Positions 20,028-26,633 of a stretch of DNA of 32,000 nt are shown here, one piece after another. The notes beneath the pieces are model-generated. The model was not told the DNA's origin. It was given only the letters and a program-made list of their open reading frames with translations, and searched no databases. Where the stretch lies: assembly GCF_003428155.1 (NCBI RefSeq), contig NZ_QLIR01000001.1, positions 120,001 through 152,000 of the forward strand, in the 5' to 3' direction. The DNA is from Fastidiosibacter lacustris. Its GTDB lineage: Bacteria; Pseudomonadota; Gammaproteobacteria; Francisellales; Francisellaceae. The position numbers and the translations under genes were made by a program. Within the stretch, counting starts at the first letter, position 1. Every line of letters begins with the position of its first letter.

Positions 20028-21831
20028 CGTGCTATCTAAACTAATCAAACAAACCTTTGAGCAGCACTTCAAGCCCGTTAAAGACCTGGGGATAAGCGAT
20101 TGGTCAGAATCGCATGTGTACTTACCTGCGGGGACCTCAGCAGTGCCAGGCAGGTGGCGCACGATTGCCTATCAAAAAGGCGTGTTTGAAGCGATTGAAT
20201 CTCCAAAAACCAACAAGATTACGCTGATGTTCGGGGCACAATTGGGCAAAACATCAATTTTAAACAACAGCCTTGGCTACTATATTCAGCATCAACCCGA
20301 GTCGCAGATTGTGATGCAGCCGTCTGAATCAGATGTTAAAACGTGGTTAGAAACTAAGTTTAACCCGATGGTGGATAATTGCCCAAGCATCCGTGATTGC
20401 TTGGCAAAGCCACGCGGGCGTGAGGGAGTCAATAACCAAAAGATGAAGTCTTATCACGGTGGTTTTTTAATGCTTTCTTGGTCTGGGTCCCCCAACACCA
20501 TGCGAGGTCGTTCAGCACCTAAGATTTATGCCGATGAGGTGGACGGTTATGAACGCACCAGCGAGGGGCATCCAGTTAATTTGTTATGGCAACGTGCGGC
20601 AACCTTTGGCAGTAAGCGTAAGCTATTAATCACGAGCACACCCACGCACAAAGGTGCATCTTTTGTTGAGATGAGTTATCTGTCAGGCGATCAGCGTCAA
20701 TACTATGTACCTTGCCCGCATTGTGAGGAATATCAGGTGTTGCAGTGGAAAAACGTCACTTGGCATAGTGACAAAGGCAAGCATGACACACAAAGCGCGT
20801 ATTATACGTGTGAGCACTGTGGCAGCTTAATCAACGATGGACAGAAACTTGCAATGATACGTAAAGGTGAATGGCAGGCAAGAATGCCATTTAATGGACA
20901 TGCAAGCTTTCATTTAAATGAGTTATACAGTCCATTTAGAACCTTTGCTGATATTGTGCAATCGTTTTTGGAGAAGAAACAAACAGGTGATTTAAAAACC
21001 TTTGTCAATGTATCCCTTGCTGAAACGTGGGAGGAAGAAGGTGAGCAGGTCGAAGCAGGCAGTTTACTTGCCCGTGTTGAGCATTGGGAGGTATTACCAG
21101 AGGGAATCGTGTTAATCACTGCAGGTATTGATGTGCAGCAGGATAGAATTGAGCTCCAAGCAGTTGGCTGGGGAGTGGATGAAGAAAGCTGGGTGATTGA
21201 TTATAAAATCTTTCACGGCGAGACAAGTGAGGATGAGGTTTGGCGCGAGTTGACGCAATACCTCCTGCATAAGCGTTATCAGCATGAGTCTGGGAAACAG
21301 CTGCCAATTGCCTTTGCCTGTTTAGATACTGGCGGCACCAATAACATGACCTCTAAGGCGTACGATTATGTCAGACGCAGTCGCATTGGCTTACCCTTTG
21401 CGATTAAAGGGCGTGGTGGTGAGTATCCGTTTGTTGCCGCCCCCAATCGCAAGAGGGTGCCCAATAAAAAGGCATTTGACCTGTACATGATTGGCACCGA
21501 TGAAGGTAAAAGTATTTTATACAATCGCTTGAAGCTTGAAGAAGAGAAGGGTGCCAGCGTCATCCACTTTGACGCTAATGTATGTGATGCCCGTTACTTT
21601 GGACAATTAACCGCTGAGAAGCGTCTCTTACGCTATCAAAAAGGTTTCCCAAAATATGAATGGCATAACGTTGCCGCTGATAAGCGTAATGAGGCATTGG
21701 ATACTTATATCTATGCTCTAGCGGCATTAAGGATTACTAATATTGATTTGAGCTTAAAGCGGCAGCAGCTAAAGCAGGAAGCAAAAACAAAACCGCAAAA
21801 AATAGCAAACAACAAAAGTTTTAAACTTTGA
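19990..21831 (+). CDS. terL: Terminase large subunit, GpA family
   Basis: WSESHVYLP..TSAVPGRWRT, FGAQLGKTSILNN, APKIYADEVDGY, LITSTPT, ITAGIDVQQDRIELQAVGWG. Confidence 0.95.
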   Translation: MNTKILKVLFLTNVLSKLIKQTFEQHFKPVKDLGISDWSESHVYLPAGTSAVPGRWRTIAYQKGVFEAIESPKTNKITLMFGAQLGKTSILNNSLGYYIQHQPESQIVMQPSESDVKTWLETKFNPMVDNCPSIRDCLAKPRGREGVNNQKMKSYHGGFLMLSWSGSPNTMRGRSAPKIYADEVDGYERTSEGHPVNLLWQRAATFGSKRKLLITSTPTHKGASFVEMSYLSGDQRQYYVPCPHCEEYQVLQWKNVTWHSDKGKHDTQSAYYTCEHCGSLINDGQKLAMIRKGEWQARMPFNGHASFHLNELYSPFRTFADIVQSFLEKKQTGDLKTFVNVSLAETWEEEGEQVEAGSLLARVEHWEVLPEGIVLITAGIDVQQDRIELQAVGWGVDEESWVIDYKIFHGETSEDEVWRELTQYLLHKRYQHESGKQLPIAFACLDTGGTNNMTSKAYDYVRRSRIGLPFAIKGRGGEYPFVAAPNRKRVPNKKAFDLYMIGTDEGKSILYNRLKLEEEKGASVIHFDANVCDARYFGQLTAEKRLLRYQKGFPKYEWHNVAADKRNEALDTYIYALAALRITNIDLSLKRQQLKQEAKTKPQKIANNKSFKL

Positions 21832-21864
21832 TTTTTCTGTCGGTGTGTAGCCATTAGTCACCTG

Positions 21865-22149
21865 TTATGCTATTTCTTTTAGAGCGCTAACTGAGATTAA
21901 TTTTTGTACATCTCTACCAATCCAAACGCAGTCATCTCCTTTTAAATATTCCGCTCCTGCATGAGCTTTTGCATCATGCCAACTGATATTATGGATAATA
22001 AATAGCTGGGCTATTTGTTTTGCTGTCATGGACTCTAATACATCATGATCAACATGTGTAAAAATAGCTTTTTCAATGTGATCTTGTTGAGAGGGAGTTG
22101 GGTTAATCTTTGAGATATGCCAAGCTCTATCTATTTTTCTCCGGCGCAT
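21865..22149 (-). CDS. Small ORFan (moron candidate) adjacent to cassette 1
   Basis: Minus-strand ORF inside the plus-strand late block; ATG at 22149 preceded by AAGGAC (MRRRKIDRAWHISKINPTPSQQDHIEK...). Confidence 0.55.
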   Translation of the reverse strand: MRRRKIDRAWHISKINPTPSQQDHIEKAIFTHVDHDVLESMTAKQIAQLFIIHNISWHDAKAHAGAEYLKGDDCVWIGRDVQKLISVSALKEIA

Positions 22150-22222
22150 AGTTTTTGTCCTTAAACCAGTTATGTGATTTATATTGCCAACGACAACGGT
22201 AGCAAACATCTTTTTTAATAAA

Positions 22223-22270
22223 TAACAATTACTTATTAAAATCTTTAATAAAAAACAATTACTTATTAAA
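22223..22270. repeat. Tandem AT-rich repeat (period 30) at cassette 1 left edge
   Basis: AACAATTACTTATTAAAA occurs at 22223-22240 and again 30 bp later; the same sequence abuts cassette 2 at about 30743. Confidence 0.7.
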
Positions 22271-22272
22271 AA

Positions 22273-22297
22273 CCACGCTGTTTATTAAAACAGCGAC
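22273..22297 (-). repeat. CRISPR-repeat-like unit A (truncated 3' handle)
   Basis: Minus strand: GTCGCTGTTTTAATAAACAGCGTGG; perfect 8-bp stem CGCTGTTT/AAACAGCG. Confidence 0.6.
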
Positions 22298-22325
22298 TTA
22301 TATTAAATTTTGATAACAAACAAAA

Positions 22326-22364
22326 GTTTCAATCCAACGCTATTTAAATATTTTAAATAGCGAC
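22326..22364 (-). repeat. CRISPR-repeat-like unit B (39 nt)
   Basis: Minus strand: GTCGCTATTTAAAATATTTAAATAGCGTTGGATTGAAAC; 11-bp stem, 3-nt loop. Confidence 0.75.
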
Positions 22365-22403
22365 TAATATTTTCTTTATATTAAATTTTAATAACAAATA
22401 AAA

Positions 22404-22442
22404 GTTTCAATCCAACACTATATTAACTGTTAATATAGCGAC
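22404..22442 (-). repeat. CRISPR-repeat-like unit C (39 nt), leader-proximal
   Basis: Minus strand: GTCGCTATATTAACAGTTAATATAGTGTTGGATTGAAAC; 11-bp stem (one G-U) and 3-nt loop. Confidence 0.75.
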
Positions 22443-22476
22443 CAAATCATTAAACATTATTTATTTTTTTTTGCAA
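22443..22476 (-). promoter_or_regulatory. Conserved 34-nt leader / candidate promoter immediately before CRISPR-like repeat (cassette 1)
   Basis: Minus strand TTGCAAAAAAAAATAAATAATGTTTAATGATTTG: -35-like TTGCAA and -10-like TAATGA/TTTAAT, ending exactly at GTCGC; same sequence at all three loci. Confidence 0.5.
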
Positions 22477-22511
22477 GTTTTTTTTAGCCTTTCGGTGCTA
22501 TTGTAACTATT

Positions 22512-22781
22512 TTAGAACCGACGTAGATCATTCCATGCTGCCTCGATGATTCGCTTAACAGTTTCGTACATTAAATTACTATCTTTACCCTGATAGCCAA
22601 ACGAATTAACAAAGGTTGAAAAGGTAAGCTCATCTCCTGTCTTAGTTGACCATTTGCTAAAGGCATGCGCAATAGCAATTGCTTTGCTCTGAAATGCTTT
22701 CGCTGCATCATATTGTGCTAGTTTTTCACGCCGCGATTGAATTATTTCTATTTCATCTTGTGTCAATTCATTGATTTTCAT
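22512..22781 (-). CDS. 89-aa ORFan (cassette protein E; Acr candidate)
   Basis: MKINELTQDEIEIIQSRREKLAQYDAAKAFQSKAIAIAHAF...; identical protein encoded at 30924-31193. Confidence 0.7.
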   Translation of the reverse strand: MKINELTQDEIEIIQSRREKLAQYDAAKAFQSKAIAIAHAFSKWSTKTGDELTFSTFVNSFGYQGKDSNLMYETVKRIIEAAWNDLRRF

Positions 22782-22793
22782 ATTTTTCTACTC

Positions 22794-23118
22794 TTATCCC
22801 CAAATCATCTTGTGCTCCAATTTGTCAACATACTTAATAGACACGGCAAGTTTTAAAATTTCCCTAAGCGCATCTCTTTCTGTGAGGCACCATTCATGTC
22901 TGTCTCGCACTGTAGGCATGACATTAATACCTGCATAATCCCCGCCAACAAACTCGGCTACCCATTGCTCTGGGTAATCGTATAGTTTGGCTGGGAATAA
23001 TCCAAAAGCAGGGACATCATCTTGATTGTCTTTAAGTTTGACTAATCTAATCACTCCAAAAAAAAGTTTCGATTTCTTTCGTTTCGATTATTAGCTGCTC
23101 TTCAAATATTGTTCTCAT
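22794..23118 (-). pseudogene. Cassette protein D, frameshifted copy
   Basis: Initiates MRTIFEEQLIIETKEIETFFWSD* because of an 8-nt A/T run at 23058-23065; cassette 2 has 7 nt and an intact 107-aa ORF. The ORF track reports only the internal GTG ORF 22794-23054. Confidence 0.7.
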
Positions 23119-23164
23119 TTTTTAACTCCTATTTTTATTGCCTGCTCACGTGAGGCTTTCCGCT

Positions 23165-23219
23165 ACCAGGTCCGTCCTGGTATGTTTGTTATTATATGGC
23201 GTTACGCCATGTAAAGCAA
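23165..23219 (-). promoter_or_regulatory. Cassette promoter P1 with operator
   Basis: Minus strand: TTGCTT(23219-23214), 17 bp, TATAAT(23196-23191). Perfect 7-bp inverted repeat ATGGCGT-A-ACGCCAT (23196-23210) sits over the spacer. Leader hairpin ACCAGG-ACGGA-CCTGGT (23165-23181). Confidence 0.8.
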
Positions 23220-23237
23220 GTGGTTTTTAAAAAAATA

Positions 23238-23501
23238 TTAAATATTTTTGAATAAAATTTTTATGAAATCATCATCCAAAGCCCTATCATTATTATGCAA
23301 GTACAACAATATCTGCTCGGCTAAATAAGATAGATTCATTTTCCCATTTTCCCATCGGTTTACATGTCTGCCTTTGCTGCGGTCGTGACCAAGCAATATA
23401 ACCTCAAGTTGCGTTTGATTTAATCCAAATTTTTTGCGCACGGATTTAACGAGCGCTGGAGTAGCTAATTGATTATTACTTTGCATATTAAACAACCTCA
23501 A
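23238..23501 (-). CDS. Small HTH (XRE-like) protein, Aca-like regulator candidate
   Basis: ALVKSVRKKFGLNQTQLEVILLGHDRSKGRHVNRWENGKMNLSYLAEQILLYL; position upstream of P1 in a cassette with repeated operators. Confidence 0.6.
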   Translation of the reverse strand: MRLFNMQSNNQLATPALVKSVRKKFGLNQTQLEVILLGHDRSKGRHVNRWENGKMNLSYLAEQILLYLHNNDRALDDDFIKILFKNI

Positions 23502-24000
23502 GTTGTGGTTTGTCAGTTATCCATGTCCAGGCAATGCAACGCTCAAAATCGGCAAGCCACAAAAATGCATCAAGATACAACGCTCCACAGTCATGTATAA
23601 CCGTTGTGATCGACGGAGCATTAGGTATTTGCTGCGCGTTTACTTTTGCTGTCAAAAATCTAAAATGCTCTTTAATCAACATCCACGCTCGCACTGCTTG
23701 CCTTGATCTTTGGACTATATAGCTTGTTGTCAGTGGGATGCCAGCACTACTTGCCTGAGCTTGCTCATGAGGAGCGGCAGGACCATAAACAGTAACAATT
23801 AATACACTGTGATCTGTTAGTATTTTTGCAGAGTAGTGTGCTAAATCGGGGACAGGCAGAGGCTGTGCGATACGAGAGTCAATACACTTTTTGAGCCACG
23901 GTTTTAATAATTTTATTGTTTTATCGTTTATGGTGTCGCGATAGCATCTATCTTTATCACCAGTTGGCAAGGTTAAATGTGTTAGATAGTTATTGCTCAA
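23488..24000 (-). CDS. ORFan (cassette protein B), overlaps HTH gene by 14 nt
   Basis: Best start is TTG at 24000 preceded by GGAG (AAAGGAGATAATA-TTG); the track start at 24033 has a weaker context. Protein MSNNYLTHLTLPTGDKDRCYRDTIND... Confidence 0.6.
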   Translation of the reverse strand: MSNNYLTHLTLPTGDKDRCYRDTINDKTIKLLKPWLKKCIDSRIAQPLPVPDLAHYSAKILTDHSVLIVTVYGPAAPHEQAQASSAGIPLTTSYIVQRSRQAVRAWMLIKEHFRFLTAKVNAQQIPNAPSITTVIHDCGALYLDAFLWLADFERCIAWTWITDKPQLEVV

Positions 24001-24073
24001 TATTATCTCCTTTAATCTTGTTAATTTTATCAATCATTCCAATTTCTCTTGTGGTTGATACATACTAAAAAAC

Positions 24074-24107
24074 TTGCAAAAAAAAATAAATAATGTTTAA
24101 TGATTTG
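24074..24107 (+). promoter_or_regulatory. 34-nt leader / candidate promoter before solitary CRISPR-like repeat
   Basis: TTGCAAAAAAAAATAAATAATGTTTAATGATTTG, same as the other two loci but on the opposite strand. Confidence 0.5.
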
Positions 24108-24149
24108 GTCGCTATATTAACTGTTATTAATATAGTGTTGGATTGAAAC
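24108..24149 (+). repeat. Solitary CRISPR-repeat-like unit (42 nt)
   Basis: GTCGCTATATTAACTGTTATTAATATAGTGTTGGATTGAAAC: 11-bp stem with 6-nt loop and the same ends as units B and C. Confidence 0.75.
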
Positions 24150-24225
24150 TTTCGTTTGTTATTAAAATTTTAACATATTCGCCTATGTATGTTGTGTGCT
24201 GGCATACCCAGCACTATGATACGTA

Positions 24226-24684
24226 TTATTTATTTTTGTATATCTCAAGCGCCTTGCCCTCTAGGTACCTATATGTTTTGAGCAGGCTAGCAAAACTATC
24301 TTTTGCATCAATCCAAGTCTTGCTATTAGGAGCATTTATCAGATCGTCAATTGCTTGCAGTGCACACTCTAGCCTAGATTGCTGCTCTCGATCCTCAGCT
24401 TTTGCATAAGTCTCGTCCACTTGCTCTTTTACCTTTTTGATGTGTTGGATTGCATTGGCGCGTATTGCGTTTGCCCAATCTATTTGCTTAGGGGACCCGC
24501 TTAATTGGACTAGAGTTGCATTTGTGGTATTTATTTTGTCTTGTTTTGCTTTGTCCTTGCAGTCAGAGCAAATTAGCTCTGCTAACCATGCGGCTTTGTG
24601 CTCCCTCTCGTTACGCACATTTGTACCGGTGATGTTATGCTCTTTGGTATGTCCGCATGCGTGTGTCACTGTATAATTAGCCAT
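24226..24684 (-). CDS. Cassette protein A with Cys/His motif (CGH...CSDC)
   Basis: MANYTVTHACGHTKEHNITG...AELICSDCKDKA...GSPKQIDWANAIRANAI...; first gene after promoter P2. Confidence 0.65.
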   Translation of the reverse strand: MANYTVTHACGHTKEHNITGTNVRNEREHKAAWLAELICSDCKDKAKQDKINTTNATLVQLSGSPKQIDWANAIRANAIQHIKKVKEQVDETYAKAEDREQQSRLECALQAIDDLINAPNSKTWIDAKDSFASLLKTYRYLEGKALEIYKNK

Positions 24685-24730
24685 TTTTTATTTCCTATTT
24701 TTATTGCCTGCTCACGTGAGGCTTTCCGCT

Positions 24731-24785
24731 ACCAGGTCCGTCCTGGTATGTTTGTTATTATATGGCGTTACGCCATGTAAAGCAA
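24731..24785 (-). promoter_or_regulatory. Cassette promoter P2 with operator
   Basis: Same element as P1: TTGCTT(24785-24780), 17 bp, TATAAT(24762-24757), operator ATGGCGTAACGCCAT at 24762-24776, leader hairpin at 24731-24747. It lies in a 114-bp direct repeat (23128-23241 / 24694-24807 / 31539-31652). Confidence 0.8.
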
Positions 24786-24909
24786 GTGGTTTTTAAAAAA
24801 ATATTAAGTTTTTTTTGGATAATGATGGTTAGTAGTCAATCAAATAATCCCGCACAATCTTAACTCATATTTAGCCCCATTCTTGATCTATACCATCGGG
24901 GGAGGGGAT

Positions 24910-25158
24910 ATGGATATAGACGAAGAATTACAACAGAAGAAAGCTGAATTGCAGTCGATACGCGCATCGATTAACAAAGCGTTGGCTAATGCGCATATTG
25001 CGTCATATGGTGCAGCTGGTAATACGGCAAACTATCGTGATTTAAAAAACTTGCGTGTGGAAGAATCGCAACTTGCGTTTGCAGTTAAACAGTTGGAATT
25101 AATCAAAATAGGTAAAAATCCGTATGGCATTGTAACCACAAGTTTTAGGTGGCGCTGA
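24910..25158 (+). CDS. GpW-like head-to-tail joining protein
   Basis: Small alpha-helical protein MDIDEELQQKKAELQSIRASINKALAN... directly before portal; RBS GGGGGAGGGG. Confidence 0.6.
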   Translation: MDIDEELQQKKAELQSIRASINKALANAHIASYGAAGNTANYRDLKNLRVEESQLAFAVKQLELIKIGKNPYGIVTTSFRWR

Positions 25159-26633
25159 TGGGATTATTGTCACTTTTTAGACGCTCAAAACCCTCTGGGC
25201 ACATAGGGCAAAAGTGGGCAGTTGTCTCACATCAAAGAATGTATGAGTCGGCTCGATCACAATTGATACGTGATATTTTTAGTGGTGGGGATATTGATGA
25301 GATTATCGAGTCTCAAGCCAGTGCAATTGTAAGGCGCGCCCGTGAAGCTTATGCCAATAATGATTATGTGAAAGGCTATATATCAATGGCATGCACTAAT
25401 ATCATCGGGCACAAAGGCATCCGTATCCAATGCAAAACTAAAAGCGAGATATTAAACGACAAAGTTGAGCTTGGTTTTAATCGCTGGACGCGTCGAGGCA
25501 AGTGTGATGTTACGGGGCAACTATCGCTTATTGATGTGCAATTGGCGTGTGTGCGGTCATTATTAAGGGATGGCGAGTTTTTTGTGCTAAAACATGTCAT
25601 TGACGGGCAGTTACAATTGCAATTAATTGACAACTCGCGCATCGATGTCACTAAACGCGCAAGCTTAAGCAATCGCAATAGAATTATTAACGGTATTGAG
25701 CTGAACCAATTTGGTAAGCCTCAAGCATATTATTTAGTGGCTGATGATGGTGCGGATACACAACGCATTGCGGCTAATAACATGATTCACGGCTTTATTC
25801 ACGAATTTGTTGGGCAAAAGCGCGGCATTTCGACGATTGCTACGGCGTTAATTCGATTGGGTCTACTAAAAGAGTTTGAAACGGCTGCGGTGGATAATGC
25901 CAGATGTAACGCTAAATCGATGGGCTTTTTTAATCAAGCAGAAACAGAGGTTGATTATAGCGCATTAATCGATAGAGATGGGGGCGCAGATAATAGCTTT
26001 GACATCCAAACATTGGATGATCGCGCGCAATTTCACGTCATCAAATCAGGTTACAAGCTTGAAAAGTTTGACGGGCAGTTTCCAAGCTCCAACTACGCCC
26101 CTTTTAAAGAATCAATTTTAAAAGCGATTAGCTCAAGTTTAGGCTATGGAGTGAATTACATCAATCTAGGCAATGACTTAAGTGGAGTGAGTTACTCAAG
26201 CGCAAGACAAGGGCTATTAAGCGAGCGTGATGCGTGGCGCATGCTGCAAACACTTGTTATTGACGCGCTGATGCGCCCAATTTTTGAAAGTTGGCTTGAG
26301 GTTGAGTACGCAAGTAGCAGATTGGGGAATATCAGCGTATTAAGCTTTGATAATTTAATTGACACAGTACGCTTCCAAACTCGCTCATGGGCGTGGATTG
26401 ACCCGCTAAAAGATGCCAAAGGCACCTCGGAAAGCATTAACAATCACACGATGAGCTTGTCACAAGCGATTTTAGATGCAGGTGGCGACCCTGAGGATAC
26501 CTTAAACCAGATTGCCGCTGATTTAGCGCGCTTAAAAGAGTTAGGTATCGTTAATCAAATAAGCACTGAGGGGGACATTAAAAAACAAGTAGAGGAGGGG
26601 GTAAATAATGCAGGGCTATATCAAGACGATTAA
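25149..26633 (+). CDS. Phage portal protein, lambda family
   Basis: SIVRRAREAYANNDYVKGYISMACTNIIGHKGIRIQ..., GVSYSSARQGLLSERDAWRMLQTL...; position after terL. Confidence 0.9.
   Translation: MALMGLLSLFRRSKPSGHIGQKWAVVSHQRMYESARSQLIRDIFSGGDIDEIIESQASAIVRRAREAYANNDYVKGYISMACTNIIGHKGIRIQCKTKSEILNDKVELGFNRWTRRGKCDVTGQLSLIDVQLACVRSLLRDGEFFVLKHVIDGQLQLQLIDNSRIDVTKRASLSNRNRIINGIELNQFGKPQAYYLVADDGADTQRIAANNMIHGFIHEFVGQKRGISTIATALIRLGLLKEFETAAVDNARCNAKSMGFFNQAETEVDYSALIDRDGGADNSFDIQTLDDRAQFHVIKSGYKLEKFDGQFPSSNYAPFKESILKAISSSLGYGVNYINLGNDLSGVSYSSARQGLLSERDAWRMLQTLVIDALMRPIFESWLEVEYASSRLGNISVLSFDNLIDTVRFQTRSWAWIDPLKDAKGTSESINNHTMSLSQAILDAGGDPEDTLNQIAADLARLKELGIVNQISTEGDIKKQVEEGVNNAGLYQDD

Larger units (their letters stand above)
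22247..24906 (-). other. Accessory cassette 1, inserted between terL and the head-joining gene
   Basis: Both ends match cassette 2 (30737-31750). The left end begins AATAAAAAACAATTACTTATTAAAAACCACGCTG, the right end finishes TTGATCTATACCATCGGGGGAGGG. Confidence 0.8.

Noticed and set aside
19905-20162. Minus-strand ORF over the terL start and other antisense ORFs in the late region
   Set aside because: Overlap confident structural genes with no independent support.
22273-22442. Genuine CRISPR array
   Set aside because: Only two to three units, stems differ in sequence, the interval DNA is conserved rather than unrelated, and no cas genes are in the window. Better explained as CRISPR-repeat-like RNA units.
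22273-22442. Type III toxin-antitoxin RNA repeats (ToxI-like)
   Set aside because: No ToxN/AbiQ-like toxin adjacent in the usual downstream position; the GATTGAAAC end and GTCGC start fit CRISPR repeats much better. Not fully excluded.
23503-23722. Plus-strand ORFs 23503-23706 and 23510-23722
   Set aside because: Antisense to the better supported ORF B, no ribosome-binding site, atypical composition.
22247-24906. Insertion sequence / transposon
   Set aside because: No transposase or recombinase ORF, no clear terminal inverted repeats at the cassette edges and no target-site duplication that I can see. The inverted leader+repeat segments are internal.
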